Shown: positions 28,698 through 38,789, counted from the first letter of the stretch. The stretch is DNA of 64,000 bases from Candidatus Enterousia onthequi (GCA_018064365.1 JAGHVJ010000005.1:7982-71981); one strand, 5' to 3'. The notes: generated by a model from the sequence alone, not told the origin. Numbers and translations are program-made.

Positions 28698-29530
28698 ATT
28701 CCTGATTTCTTGAAACGTTGTGGGATTTTAACAACTGGCTTTAATCCCATCATACTGGGTTTATCAAATGCGTAAATTGGACGCAAGATTGTTTGCATAA
28801 TGCGTGCAATTTTTAGCCAGTTTTCACCGTGGATTTTAGAGTTGCTTACCGCGTTGATTGTGCCATTTCCGCGTCGTTTCAGGTGGTTTAACCAATCTGT
28901 GCCACGGGCGGCGGCCTTTTGTTCCAACATTTTCAAATCTATTGCGCCGAAATGCAACAGGTATAAATTTTTATCAATATGGAAGTTTTTGCCGCGGACA
29001 CTGTGAAAACCACTGCCCCAGGGGGCGGGTGAATTTTTTACCACAGGTTTTGTGTATCTGGTGGATAATAATGCGTATTCGCGTTGTTCTAAAAATGGTG
29101 CGTTTACATCCAATTCCGATTCGCAATTTGTGTTTTGTCCGATATCCAGTCCCAGTCCAGATAGCGATGTTTTGATTTTTTTATTTGATAAATATTCGGC
29201 CAATGTTTGCTTTGTATTTGGGTCAACAATTAAAAATTCGTCAGAATCACAGCCGATTACAATGTCGTATGTTTTTAATAATTCAGATGCCAAATTCGAT
29301 AGTTTGCCGATTCGGTATTTGTCGCCAGTGCTGCGCGACATTGGGGTATGTGGTAATTTTGTTATATGTGCGTTGCCGGCATTTTGTGGTGCGTTTTGGT
29401 CTGTGCCGTCCAGTAATATATATAAATTTTCTGTGCCGAATTGTTTGCCGTAATATGCAATCCAACGGGATAAAAAAAATTCGTCGTCTCTGGCCATGGT
29501 GATTGCAGCGATTTTTTTTATTTTTTTCAT
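28694..29530 (-). CDS. Putative glycosyltransferase (GT2-like / GT92-like fold)
   Basis: IAAITMARDDEFFLSRWIAYY...YILLDGTDQ...GCDSDEFL pattern. Start trimmed to MKKIKK at 29530, directly after the upstream gene stop. Confidence 0.5.
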   Translation of the reverse strand: MKKIKKIAAITMARDDEFFLSRWIAYYGKQFGTENLYILLDGTDQNAPQNAGNAHITKLPHTPMSRSTGDKYRIGKLSNLASELLKTYDIVIGCDSDEFLIVDPNTKQTLAEYLSNKKIKTSLSGLGLDIGQNTNCESELDVNAPFLEQREYALLSTRYTKPVVKNSPAPWGSGFHSVRGKNFHIDKNLYLLHFGAIDLKMLEQKAAARGTDWLNHLKRRGNGTINAVSNSKIHGENWLKIARIMQTILRPIYAFDKPSMMGLKPVVKIPQRFKKSGI

Positions 29531-29532
29531 GT

Positions 29533-30378
29533 TTATTTCCCCCAAAATTTTTGTATTGCGTATTTTATTCCGCGAATAATAGGTGCAAATGGATTTGGTG
29601 TTAGTAGCCAAGATATGTATTCGCGTGTATATGTGTCGTTTGCGCTAGATATAATTGCATCGTGTGCGGTTTTATCACAGTGCGACAGGACATAATATAA
29701 TTGATGACCGATTGCGCCATTGTGACGGGTGAAAGACATTTTTTTTATAAAAGGACATCCCGATTTGAATAATCTTTTGGGGCTGTTGTATGTCGCGCGT
29801 CCGTATACATGATACAATCCTGACCACGAGCAATTATTGTTTTTGATTAAATTTGATAGACCGTGTTCGTATAAAATGGTAACTGCGCATTTATTGGTTT
29901 GCCGTGTGATGTTGGACATAAATTCGTTAAACCATGTGGAAGTTGCAATTTTTTTGTTTATACACACAAACCAAGATTCCATAAAACGGTGGGTTTTGTG
30001 TATGGATTCTGTCAAACCGCATGCGTCTGTGTTTTGCGATTCCATTTGTTTTAATATTGGCTTGATATTGTGTAAAGGTCCGTAAACAGAATCATTTACC
30101 ATATATACAAAATCATAATCGTTTAAAATATTGTGTTCCAGAGCGTATTGATATGCACGTTTATATGAACCAAAATCGTATTCGCCGTGACGTGTTCCAA
30201 ATGCGGTAATAGTGTAGGGGGTGATTTTAGATAGTTCTGGATCAGAACAATCAGAATCCATACACAAGATAACGTCACCATATTTAGATAATGATTTTAT
30301 ATAAAAAACCAAAGCATCGTCAATGATGCCTTTTTTATTATAACCCGCAAGTAAGAATAATCGTTTATTTCTAGACAT
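29533..30378 (-). CDS. Putative polysaccharide/LPS biosynthesis protein, RgpF (rhamnan synthesis F)-like
   Basis: HGEYDFGSYKRAY, MVNDSVYGP, ESWF motifs resemble the RgpF-type family. Assigned from memory only. Confidence 0.45.
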   Translation of the reverse strand: MSRNKRLFLLAGYNKKGIIDDALVFYIKSLSKYGDVILCMDSDCSDPELSKITPYTITAFGTRHGEYDFGSYKRAYQYALEHNILNDYDFVYMVNDSVYGPLHNIKPILKQMESQNTDACGLTESIHKTHRFMESWFVCINKKIATSTWFNEFMSNITRQTNKCAVTILYEHGLSNLIKNNNCSWSGLYHVYGRATYNSPKRLFKSGCPFIKKMSFTRHNGAIGHQLYYVLSHCDKTAHDAIISSANDTYTREYISWLLTPNPFAPIIRGIKYAIQKFWGK

Positions 30379-30442
30379 GAATTTAATCTTTGTTTATAAT
30401 ATACATGTTTTATGGATGTTTTGCAAGAAGGGATATATTAAA

Positions 30443-31366
30443 ATGGCTGTTATAACATATGACAATAAACGACAAGACATAACATTTTGTACAATGTTGT
30501 TTAAGATGCCAGAACAGAAAAATCTTGGTGCGTTAAAGCATATGGAACGTAAGTTTGAAAACTTTTACCTGCCGTCATTGAAAAATTTAATAGAAACATT
30601 TAAGCGGGTCGCATTGTGGTGTGATAAAGAGACTGCAGAATATTTGAAAAAATATGGATTAGATAAACAGATTGATATGCGTGTAATGGATTTTACAGAT
30701 TTGCCACATTATTGCGAAAAACAAGAATGGCTGGATATTTTGTATAAAATGTATGGTAAAACAGGCTATCTTTTCCATCATAAGACACCCGAAGACTGGA
30801 TTGATTATTTGATATTGATTGCTGCAAAACCGTCTGTTATGGACTGGGCGGCAACAAGAAATACTTTTAAAACAAAATATTTTATGTGGTTAGATGGCGG
30901 GTCTTTTAATTCTAATTATGCTGGGGTTTGGAAAGATTGGAATGGAAGTATAAAGGCAAATCCGGAAAGGGTGCGTATTACAATATCTAAAACATTGGGT
31001 AAGACCAGGCCGCGTTTTGTTCCTAATTTTATTTATAGAATATATAGGAAAACACAAAAAATTATGCCTGCAACCAAACAAACTTTGGTTAGACAGTCGT
31101 TGCAAGATATTGCGATGATTAATGCGGATTATGATGTGCCCGCATGTAGTTTTATGGCAACTGCTGAAAATGTTCATAAATTTTATGATTGGTTTGAAAT
31201 GGTGCGTAAAATAATGAAAAATCATGGTTGGGTTTCGACTGAACAGGCTGTGTTCCAGGCGATGATGAAATTTGATACAACAAATATGTTTGAATTGTCT
31301 TATGTGTACGGGTATTCAGGTGTTTATGCAGAGGTTGCAAAAGAAAAACCAGATCATTTATTGTAA
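30443..31366 (+). CDS. Hypothetical protein, possibly HtrL/WlaTC-like glycosyltransferase
   Basis: Divergently transcribed from the previous gene inside the glycosyltransferase island. Weak resemblance around DYLILIAAKPSVMDWAA...YFMWLDGG. Start set at ATG 30443. Confidence 0.35.
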   Translation: MAVITYDNKRQDITFCTMLFKMPEQKNLGALKHMERKFENFYLPSLKNLIETFKRVALWCDKETAEYLKKYGLDKQIDMRVMDFTDLPHYCEKQEWLDILYKMYGKTGYLFHHKTPEDWIDYLILIAAKPSVMDWAATRNTFKTKYFMWLDGGSFNSNYAGVWKDWNGSIKANPERVRITISKTLGKTRPRFVPNFIYRIYRKTQKIMPATKQTLVRQSLQDIAMINADYDVPACSFMATAENVHKFYDWFEMVRKIMKNHGWVSTEQAVFQAMMKFDTTNMFELSYVYGYSGVYAEVAKEKPDHLL

Positions 31367-31371
31367 AAAAT

Positions 31372-31396
31372 ATCGGATTTTAATCCGATGTTTTTT
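31372..31396 (+). terminator. Intrinsic terminator after the 30443-31366 gene
   Basis: ATCGGATT/AATCCGAT inverted repeat followed by GTTTTTT. Confidence 0.6.
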
Positions 31397-31436
31397 AGTT
31401 TTGGTATATATTTATTCATTATGTCATCATACAAGT

Positions 31437-31460
31437 AAAACCGCCGATTGGGCGGTTTTG
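31437..31460 (-). terminator. Intrinsic terminator after typA
   Basis: CCGCC-GATTG-GGCGG flanked by an A-run (a T-run on the minus strand). Confidence 0.65.
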
Positions 31461-31462
31461 TT

Positions 31463-33310
31463 TTAATCAGCATTTTCTGCGAAACGGTATGCTTTTTTGC
31501 GTTTGCCACTGTCTAATTCTTTTTTACGCAGGCGAATCGTTGTTGGGGTTACCTCTACTAATTCGTCGTCTTGGATATAAGACAATGCTTCTTCTAATGA
31601 TATTCTGCGTGGTGGGGCCAAGAATAATTTTTCATCAGCCGTTACACTACGCACATTGGTCAATTGTTTGCCACGAACTGGGTTGACTTCGATATCATTT
31701 TCTTTGCTGTGTTCGCCGACAATCATACCACTGTAAACTTCGGTTTGTGGTTCAACAAACAAAACACCACGTGGTTCCAAGTTGTGTAATGCGTATGTTG
31801 TGGTTTGTCCAGCCTCCATCGATACCAAAACGCCAGGGCGGTATTGAGTGATTGGACCGCGGTATAAATCGTATTTATCAAATACGCGGTTCATAATACC
31901 TGTGCCACGTGTGTCTGTACGGAATTCTGATAAATAACCAATAAGTCCGCGTGATGGTGCAGAAAATACGATGCGTGTTTTACCGATACCGGATGGTTTC
32001 ATTTCTGTAATTGTTGCCTTGCGCTTGGTCATTTTTTCAATAACAACACCGCTGAATTCATCGTCTACATCGATAACAACTTCTTCGATTGGTTCTAATT
32101 TTTCGCCGTTTTCGTTTGCGTGTGTGATAACACGTGGGCGACTGACGGATAATTCAAAACCTTCGCGGCGCATTGTTTCAATCAAAATTCCCAGTTGCAA
32201 TTCACCACGACCAGAAACTTCGAAAGATTCATTGTTTGCGCTTTGTGTTACTTTCAATGCGATGTTTGTTTCGGCTTCGCGGAACAATCTTTCGCCAATC
32301 ATACGAGATGTCAATTTTTTACCAGATTTACCAGCTAAAGGTGATGTGTTCACAAAAAATGTCATCGTCAGGGTTGGTGGGTCAATTGGTAATGCAGGGA
32401 TTGGTTCTGAAACACTGGGGTCGCATAATGTGTCCGCCACAGTTGCCTTGGAAAATCCAGCCAAAACAACAATGTCGCCGGCAGATGCAGAATCGCGAGA
32501 TACTTTGTTCACGCCCGCATGTTCGATAATTTTGGTGATTTTTGCAGTTTCAATCAATTCGCCTTTCATATTTATTGCTTTGACTGTTTGTCCGACGCGG
32601 ACACTGCCGGATTCAATTTTTCCTGTTAAAATGCGTCCGACATAGGGGTCGGCCTCTAATGTTGTGGCCAACATTGTAAATGGTGCATCCAGTTGGCAGC
32701 GTGTGCCGTTGCAATCAGGTGCCGGAACGTGGTCTACAATCAGTTGGAATAATGGTTTTAAATTTTTGTCTGGGTTATTGACGTCGGTCAAATCACGCAC
32801 AGCCCAACCATCACGGCCAACAGCATATAAATAAGGGAAGTCTAATTGTGCGTCTGTGGCACCCAATTTGTCGAACAGGTCAAATGTTTCTGATAACACT
32901 TCGTCAGGACGGGCATCGCCACGGTCGATTTTGTTGATGCACACGATTGGGCGTAGTCCCAGTTTTAATGCCTTGGACAATACAAATTTTGTTTGGGGCA
33001 GTGGACCTTCGGCACTGTCGACCAATAATACCACGCCATCAACCATAGATAAAATACGTTCAACTTCGCCACCGAAATCAGCGTGGCCCGGAGTGTCAAC
33101 AATGTTGATTTTATATTCGCCCCATTGGATAGATGTTGGCTTTGCGGATATTGTAATTCCGCGTTCGCGTTCGATATCGCCACTGTCCATAACGCGGTCT
33201 TCGACGCGTTCGTTATCGCGGAAAGTTCCCGCCTGTTTTAACATGTTATCGACCAAGGTTGTTTTTCCGTGGTCCACGTGAGCAATAATTGCAATATTGC
33301 GAATTTTCAT
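31463..33310 (-). CDS. typA: Translational GTPase TypA/BipA
   Basis: MKIRNIAIIAHVDHGKTTLVD, DTPGHADFGGEVER, NKIDR. Five-domain EF-G-like layout, 615 aa from ATG 33310. Confidence 0.95.
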   Translation of the reverse strand: MKIRNIAIIAHVDHGKTTLVDNMLKQAGTFRDNERVEDRVMDSGDIERERGITISAKPTSIQWGEYKINIVDTPGHADFGGEVERILSMVDGVVLLVDSAEGPLPQTKFVLSKALKLGLRPIVCINKIDRGDARPDEVLSETFDLFDKLGATDAQLDFPYLYAVGRDGWAVRDLTDVNNPDKNLKPLFQLIVDHVPAPDCNGTRCQLDAPFTMLATTLEADPYVGRILTGKIESGSVRVGQTVKAINMKGELIETAKITKIIEHAGVNKVSRDSASAGDIVVLAGFSKATVADTLCDPSVSEPIPALPIDPPTLTMTFFVNTSPLAGKSGKKLTSRMIGERLFREAETNIALKVTQSANNESFEVSGRGELQLGILIETMRREGFELSVSRPRVITHANENGEKLEPIEEVVIDVDDEFSGVVIEKMTKRKATITEMKPSGIGKTRIVFSAPSRGLIGYLSEFRTDTRGTGIMNRVFDKYDLYRGPITQYRPGVLVSMEAGQTTTYALHNLEPRGVLFVEPQTEVYSGMIVGEHSKENDIEVNPVRGKQLTNVRSVTADEKLFLAPPRRISLEEALSYIQDDELVEVTPTTIRLRKKELDSGKRKKAYRFAENAD

Positions 33311-33458
33311 ATGATTATCCCTATGTTTTTTTGTAATAAGTGTATAGATTATACTATATTTTTTTAATTTCAACAAATTATATTACATATATTGACTTTT
33401 TGTAATTTTTGTCTATAATACAGTGTGTAAGTGATAAAAATAGAAAAAGAGGGTTGTT

Positions 33459-33932
33459 ATGGAAAAACAATTAGATATGGCAAAAGTAATCGAAAAATTT
33501 TTTAATTCTGCGGCACAATACATAGAGAAAATGCGTGCTTTATATGTTGATAAAGCAGATTTAGAATCGTTTGATAGGGGAATTTCTAATTTTTCTGAAT
33601 TGCGTAAAGTTGCGGAATCTTTGCCAAATATCACAGATTGGAATACAAGATATGGTGTGGCACAAAAATTGTCAGGAATGCATGTGGATGCAATGTTGTT
33701 TATGAAACCAGATTCACGTGATAATAGCACGTATATTGCTTTTAGAGACTTTTTGTATGCGTTGTCTAATTATTATCAATTGGGTGGTGTTGGTACGTTA
33801 AGAGAACAATTTTTGGCAGCTTATAAAGTGTGGTGTTATAAGATGTCTAGTAATCCTTTGAAGGATTTTATATATCCGTTTGTACCTGTGTCTTATTTCG
33901 CTAAACAGGCACAAAAGGAAACATCAAGATAA
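33459..33932 (+). CDS. Hypothetical cytoplasmic protein (157 aa)
   Basis: Intact ORF followed by a strong terminator. No signal peptide. No family recognised. Confidence 0.55.
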   Translation: MEKQLDMAKVIEKFFNSAAQYIEKMRALYVDKADLESFDRGISNFSELRKVAESLPNITDWNTRYGVAQKLSGMHVDAMLFMKPDSRDNSTYIAFRDFLYALSNYYQLGGVGTLREQFLAAYKVWCYKMSSNPLKDFIYPFVPVSYFAKQAQKETSR

Positions 33933-33960
33933 AAAAAACGCCCATTTGGGCGTTTTTTTT
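33931..33960. terminator. Bidirectional intrinsic terminator between the 33459 ORF and serS
   Basis: AAAAAAAACGCCCA-TT-TGGGCGTTTTTTTT. Confidence 0.85.
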
Positions 33961-35239
33961 AATGTGTGCCACCAATTTTTGTTCTGCCCCCCATAAGTGG
34001 TTGCAAAGCCTTTGGTATGTTCACCGAACCGTCTGCATTTTGATGGTTTTCAATTATTGGTACCAATGCGCGGGGCAGTGCAATTCCGGTGTTGTTTAAT
34101 GTTGCAACAAATTTGACTTCGTTTGTTCCGTTTTCGCGATAACGTGTGTTCGTGCGGCGGGCCTGGAATGTGCCGATTGATGAGCAAGAACCCAATTCAC
34201 GATATGTGTTTTCAGATGGAATCCATGCCTCGACATCGTTCATTTTAACCTTGTTAAATCCCATGTCGCCGGTCGAGTTTGCAATTACGCGATATGGTAA
34301 TTCTAAATCTTGCATAATTTCACATAGGTTGTTTAATAGAAATTCGTGCATTTGGTCAGATTCTTCCGGTTTGCAGAATATGTATTGTTCAACCTTGTTA
34401 AATTGGTGAAAACGAACCAATCCACGTGTGTCGCGACCGGCGGCACCGGCCTCGCGTCGGAAACATGGTGAAAATCCAGCGTATTTAATTGGTAATGCGG
34501 ATTCTGGTAAAATTTCATCTGTATGCAAAGAATTTAATATGATTTCAGCCGTTCCAGCCAAGCATCTGTCTGTGCCATTTAACATAAACACATCGTCGTT
34601 CATAACTGATAAATCCGAACCAATAAAATGACCGGCGTTGAATATTGTTTGTGGTTTTGTAATTGCGGGACATTCTATGTAAGTGAATCCTTTGGATATT
34701 AGTTTTTGTATTACATATGTTTGTATTGCCAGTTCTAATTCAGCCAATTCACCGCGTAATGCGTATGTGCGTGTGCCACAAATGCCAGCGATTTTTTCTG
34801 GACACCACCAGTTGTTCATATCCAGTAAATCCCATTGTGGACGTGGTGTAAAATCAAATTTGCGTGGTGTACCAACGGTTTTTATAACAGTGTTTGCCGA
34901 TTCATCTGGACCAATTGGTGCGTTTTTAGATGGAACCTGCGGAACACGATGCATTAAATCGTTTAATTTGATTTCCAGGTCGGATAATGCCGCCATATCA
35001 TTTGCAATTTCTTGGGAAATTTCTTTGCTGCGTTGAATCAATGGGGCTTTATCAGTTGCTGTTGGAATTTCGCGTGATATTTTGTTTTTTTCAGCCGTCA
35101 TTGTTTGAGTGACTGTTTTTAATTCACGAACTCGTGCGTCTGTCATTAATAATTCGTCAACCACATCAGGAAAGTTCTTAACCCGACATGCGTTGCGCAC
35201 GATATCTGGATTTTCACGAATAAATTTTATATCCAACAT
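33959..35239 (-). CDS. serS: Serine--tRNA ligase
   Basis: N-terminal coiled-coil arm (MLDIKFIRENPDIV...). Class II motifs FSPCFRREAGAAGRDTRGLVRFHQFNKVE and NNTGIALPRALVPIIENHQ. Confidence 0.96.
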   Translation of the reverse strand: MLDIKFIRENPDIVRNACRVKNFPDVVDELLMTDARVRELKTVTQTMTAEKNKISREIPTATDKAPLIQRSKEISQEIANDMAALSDLEIKLNDLMHRVPQVPSKNAPIGPDESANTVIKTVGTPRKFDFTPRPQWDLLDMNNWWCPEKIAGICGTRTYALRGELAELELAIQTYVIQKLISKGFTYIECPAITKPQTIFNAGHFIGSDLSVMNDDVFMLNGTDRCLAGTAEIILNSLHTDEILPESALPIKYAGFSPCFRREAGAAGRDTRGLVRFHQFNKVEQYIFCKPEESDQMHEFLLNNLCEIMQDLELPYRVIANSTGDMGFNKVKMNDVEAWIPSENTYRELGSCSSIGTFQARRTNTRYRENGTNEVKFVATLNNTGIALPRALVPIIENHQNADGSVNIPKALQPLMGGRTKIGGTH

Positions 35240-35240
35240 T

Positions 35241-36140
35241 TTAGTTATCCTTTGTGTTTATATACGCAATAGCAGACATGGCGGCACTGCATCCAGTTCC
35301 CACAGCGGTTGCAACCTGCATTTGAATACCACTTTGTTCGTCGCCTGCAACAAACAAACCGCGGGGCAGGTTGTCTGGAATTACGCGTCCCATGTTGTCG
35401 CGTTTTATATCTTCGGTCAGGTAATCTGTATTAGCCTCGTGTCCGATGGCAACAAAAATTCCGTCGCAAATAATATCTTCGCCGGTTGTGGTGGTTGCAA
35501 TCAATTCGTCCGAATCGTCTTTTTTACGAATAGATTTTAATTCTGTATTGAATACAGGTGTGATATTTTCACGGGCGGCCACACGGTCGCATAAAATAGC
35601 CTCGGCCCGGGTGAACGCAGATTTGCGGTAAATGATTTTTACATTTTCTGCCAAATCGGATAAATACAGTGCGTCATTTAGTGCGCTGTTTCCGCCACCG
35701 ATAACCAATACGCGTTTTCCAGAATAGAAAAATCCGTCACATGTTGCACAATATGAAACGCCACGTCCAACCAGATTGCATGCACCATCAATTTCAAGTC
35801 TGCGTGCGCGTGCGCCGGTTGCCATTATAACCGCCGGGGCGGTGTATGTTTTGCCGTTATCGCATTGGACAGTATATGTGAAATTATCGTCCCATTTTAT
35901 ATCTGTTGCCGATGCATATGTGATTTCGGCACCGAATTTTGTTGCCTGGTTCAGTGTTGCCTGAATCCAGTCCATGCCAGACCCCATATACCCTGGGAAA
36001 TTTTCCAAGTTCGCAATTTCAGATGTTTGGCCACCCAATGTGTCGCCCGCAATAATTAAAGTTTTTTTGTTTGCACGTGCAGTATATATTGCGGCGGTCA
36101 ATCCTGCGGGACCCGAGCCTAGAATAATAATATCGTACAT
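35241..36140 (-). CDS. trxB: Thioredoxin-disulfide reductase
   Basis: IIILGSGPAGLTAAIYTARA, redox-active CATCDG, GGGNSA NADPH motif. 299 aa. Stop is 1 nt from the serS start. Confidence 0.93.
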   Translation of the reverse strand: MYDIIILGSGPAGLTAAIYTARANKKTLIIAGDTLGGQTSEIANLENFPGYMGSGMDWIQATLNQATKFGAEITYASATDIKWDDNFTYTVQCDNGKTYTAPAVIMATGARARRLEIDGACNLVGRGVSYCATCDGFFYSGKRVLVIGGGNSALNDALYLSDLAENVKIIYRKSAFTRAEAILCDRVAARENITPVFNTELKSIRKKDDSDELIATTTTGEDIICDGIFVAIGHEANTDYLTEDIKRDNMGRVIPDNLPRGLFVAGDEQSGIQMQVATAVGTGCSAAMSAIAYINTKDN

Positions 36141-36214
36141 TTTTATATCCCTATTTTCCTTTTTCGTTTGGCCTTAGCATAACACGGGTGGTGTAAATGT
36201 GCAACCGAATTAAA

Positions 36215-36715
36215 TTATTTATTAAAATGTTTTTTTAATGTGTTGTATGCGGTTGTTATTTTGGTAAATTCGGTCGCAGCAGATGATTTATCGGCGGCGG
36301 TGTCGGGGTGATATTTTTTTGCAAGTGCGCGATATTTTGTGCCAATTTCACGCCAACTGGCGGTTAACGGTAATCCCAGCGTTTTTAATGCCCCACTGAT
36401 AGATGTTGGTAATTTGCTTTTTGGGGGCGTATAGTCAAATTGACCGCGGCCAGATAAAAAATCGTTCAAGAATTTTATGTAATCTGCTGTGTCTGCATTA
36501 GATTTTGTTTTTTCTTTTAATGGTGCGCCAAATGTTTCGCGTTCCCAGTCCGCTTCGATTTCTTCGGGGGTCATATCGGCATAATAATTCCAGTTTTTAT
36601 TGTATTCAGCCGCGTGTTCTGGACAGAAATGCCAATATTCGCGCAAATCACGATTTTTTGGCGCACGACATGTGCCGGCCTTGGTGCAGCCTGGGTGATC
36701 ACATTTTGTTATCAT
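36215..36715 (-). CDS. J-domain (DnaJ-like) protein with an N-terminal Cys/His cluster
   Basis: C-terminal J domain with HPD (YRALAKKYHPDTAADK). N-terminal CDHPGC...CRAP...HFCPEH. Confidence 0.7.
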   Translation of the reverse strand: MITKCDHPGCTKAGTCRAPKNRDLREYWHFCPEHAAEYNKNWNYYADMTPEEIEADWERETFGAPLKEKTKSNADTADYIKFLNDFLSGRGQFDYTPPKSKLPTSISGALKTLGLPLTASWREIGTKYRALAKKYHPDTAADKSSAATEFTKITTAYNTLKKHFNK

Positions 36716-37581
36716 TATTGTTTGACCTTTGCTTTATTTGATAATGGATGATAATTTTCCACAGTTGTGCGTAATTGTTCAGGCAAAACATGGGTATAAA
36801 TTTGTGTTGTTGAAATGTCTTCGTGACCCAACATTGTTTGTATTGCGCGCAAATTCGCGCCATGTGATAGTAAATGCGATGCAAACGAGTGGCGTAATAC
36901 GTGCGGCGATACGCGGTTTGGTTCGATGCCGGCAAGTATCGCACATTTTTTTAGTATTTTGAAAAATCCATCGCGTGTTATGTGGCCTGTTTGGCCTGTG
37001 CCAGGAAAAATGTATTTAGAATCGGTGTCTCCGCGTATATCCAGCCATTTATGTAATGCCATAATGGCGCCTTGGTGCATCGGAACAATGCGTTCTTTGG
37101 CACCTTTGCCATGGATTAGCAAGTGGTCGCCCAGATTTGCGGTCATGGGTAATTCGCATAATTCAGATACGCGTAATCCTGATGCGTAAACCAGTTCCAG
37201 CATTGCATGCAGACGAACGGAATTTTTTATGTCGCCCGCAGATGATATTAGTAATTCTATTTCATCAACAGATAATAATTTTGGCAATGGTCGTGTGCGT
37301 TTTGGTAATTCTAAATTTTTTGTTGGGTTTGTTTGAATTATTTTTTCCAACATTAAAAATTTATAAAATCCACGTAGACTACTTGCCTTGCGAGCAATAG
37401 AAGATGCACGGTCGGGCAGGTTGGATAAATAATTTTGTATGTCGTCTGGGGTTGCGTTTATTAATCCATTTGGTAATGCATCGTTCGCATGATTCAAATC
37501 TGATGCATAACTTTGGATTGTTTTTTCGCCACGACCACGTTCGGCAGATAGTGCTTCGAGAAAGATATCTATATAATTCAT
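36715..37581 (-). CDS. xerD: Tyrosine site-specific recombinase XerD (XerC not excluded)
   Basis: ASGLRVSEL, HGKGAKERIVP, LRHSFASHLLSHGANLRAIQTMLGHEDISTTQIYTHV. Housekeeping context. TAATG overlap with the downstream J-domain gene. Confidence 0.75.
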   Translation of the reverse strand: MNYIDIFLEALSAERGRGEKTIQSYASDLNHANDALPNGLINATPDDIQNYLSNLPDRASSIARKASSLRGFYKFLMLEKIIQTNPTKNLELPKRTRPLPKLLSVDEIELLISSAGDIKNSVRLHAMLELVYASGLRVSELCELPMTANLGDHLLIHGKGAKERIVPMHQGAIMALHKWLDIRGDTDSKYIFPGTGQTGHITRDGFFKILKKCAILAGIEPNRVSPHVLRHSFASHLLSHGANLRAIQTMLGHEDISTTQIYTHVLPEQLRTTVENYHPLSNKAKVKQ

Positions 37582-37706
37582 GGATACAGTTCCAATTCAA
37601 TGGTTGTTTGTGTGGGGGCAAAATACATAATCATAAATGCAACCAATATGATAATGAATATCCAAATTAGAATTTTTTTTGTGTTTTTCTTCTTTTTTAA
37701 CGGCAT
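37578..37706 (-). CDS. Candidate small membrane protein (42 aa), below the ORF-track size cutoff
   Basis: MPLKKKKNTKKILIWIFIIILVAFMIMYFAPTQTTIELELYP. AAGGGA RBS 6-7 nt upstream. Stop overlaps the xerD start (ATGA). Basic N-terminus plus one TM. Confidence 0.35.
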   Translation of the reverse strand: MPLKKKKNTKKILIWIFIIILVAFMIMYFAPTQTTIELELYP

Positions 37707-37727
37707 CAGATTTCCCTTTTATAAAAA

Positions 37728-38789
37728 TTATATCGTGTCAAAGTGTTCGATAAATACGCCAGCCGCAGCAATGATTATGATTGGTGGTGCGATAATTGCC
37801 AATATTGGGGGTAATGCGCCCGTTGACCCCAGTGCATTAAATGTGTTGATTAAGAAATACATTAAAAAGCATGTGATGATTCCCAAACTGAATTTTAATC
37901 CGAAATTAAAGTTTCTGCGTTGACGAGTTTGGGAAAAAGCGACCCCCAATGTTGTCATGGCAATCATTGTCAATGGTAAAAACAATAATGTCCAAAATTG
38001 AACCAGGTGTCCCCGCATCGGTGCGCCAATAGATGTCATTTTTTGGATAAATTTTGGCAATTCCCAAAATGAAATTTGATTTGGTTGCAGGTATCTGTCC
38101 AATACTGTTTGTGGTGTTGTTTTGGTTGCTATTTCCCATGCCCCAGACGATATGTTTCCGCGTGAATCCCATATTTGTGCATTGTTTGAAAACATGCCGG
38201 ATTCTGATAATGTGACAGATTCTGTTTGAATGCGGTTTTGTAATTTAAAGTTTTTATCTTGGATAAAAATTTTTGCGTCTATAAAAACCAGATTTGAATC
38301 TTGTTTTTTCATATCACGTGCCGCCATAGTTAAAAAATGGTTGTTTCCTTCTTCGCGGAGCCATATTGTGTCGTCAACCAATTGTAAATCATGATTGTTT
38401 AGATTTTTATAACTGATGCTCACAAAATATGGATTTATAACGGTTGTTGTGAATATGCCGATGATTGCAGCACCAACTAAAAAAGGACGTGCAATTTGAT
38501 ATGGGGACATACCTGCGCTGGATATTATAATAGATTCAGATGATTTTGTCATATTGTACATGGCCAGTAATGTGCCCATAAATACCGCCAGTGGTAAAAA
38601 CATTGGGACGTATTCTAATAATCGTATCCATGCGTCTGTGATTGCAGACCACACGTCGGGGTTTGATGGTAAGCGTTCAACAAATGTGACAGCATAAATA
38701 ATGCCGCATACAATGAGTAATATTAAACCAACGCCACCAAAAAAGCGACGCAACAAGAATCTGGATAAAATATTTGGTACAATACGCAT
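37728..38789 (-). CDS. LPS export ABC permease, LptF/LptG family
   Basis: N-terminal ILSRFLLRRFFGG... Six hydrophobic segments with a large periplasmic loop in the middle. 353 aa from ATG 38789. Confidence 0.8.
   Translation of the reverse strand: MRIVPNILSRFLLRRFFGGVGLILLIVCGIIYAVTFVERLPSNPDVWSAITDAWIRLLEYVPMFLPLAVFMGTLLAMYNMTKSSESIIISSAGMSPYQIARPFLVGAAIIGIFTTTVINPYFVSISYKNLNNHDLQLVDDTIWLREEGNNHFLTMAARDMKKQDSNLVFIDAKIFIQDKNFKLQNRIQTESVTLSESGMFSNNAQIWDSRGNISSGAWEIATKTTPQTVLDRYLQPNQISFWELPKFIQKMTSIGAPMRGHLVQFWTLLFLPLTMIAMTTLGVAFSQTRQRRNFNFGLKFSLGIITCFLMYFLINTFNALGSTGALPPILAIIAPPIIIIAAAGVFIEHFDTI

Noticed and set aside
36715-37581. The tyrosine recombinase, considered as the integrase of a mobile element
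   Set aside because: The sequence has XerC/XerD-type box motifs. It is embedded in, and translationally coupled with, housekeeping genes. No att-like repeats, phage genes or transposase genes are nearby.
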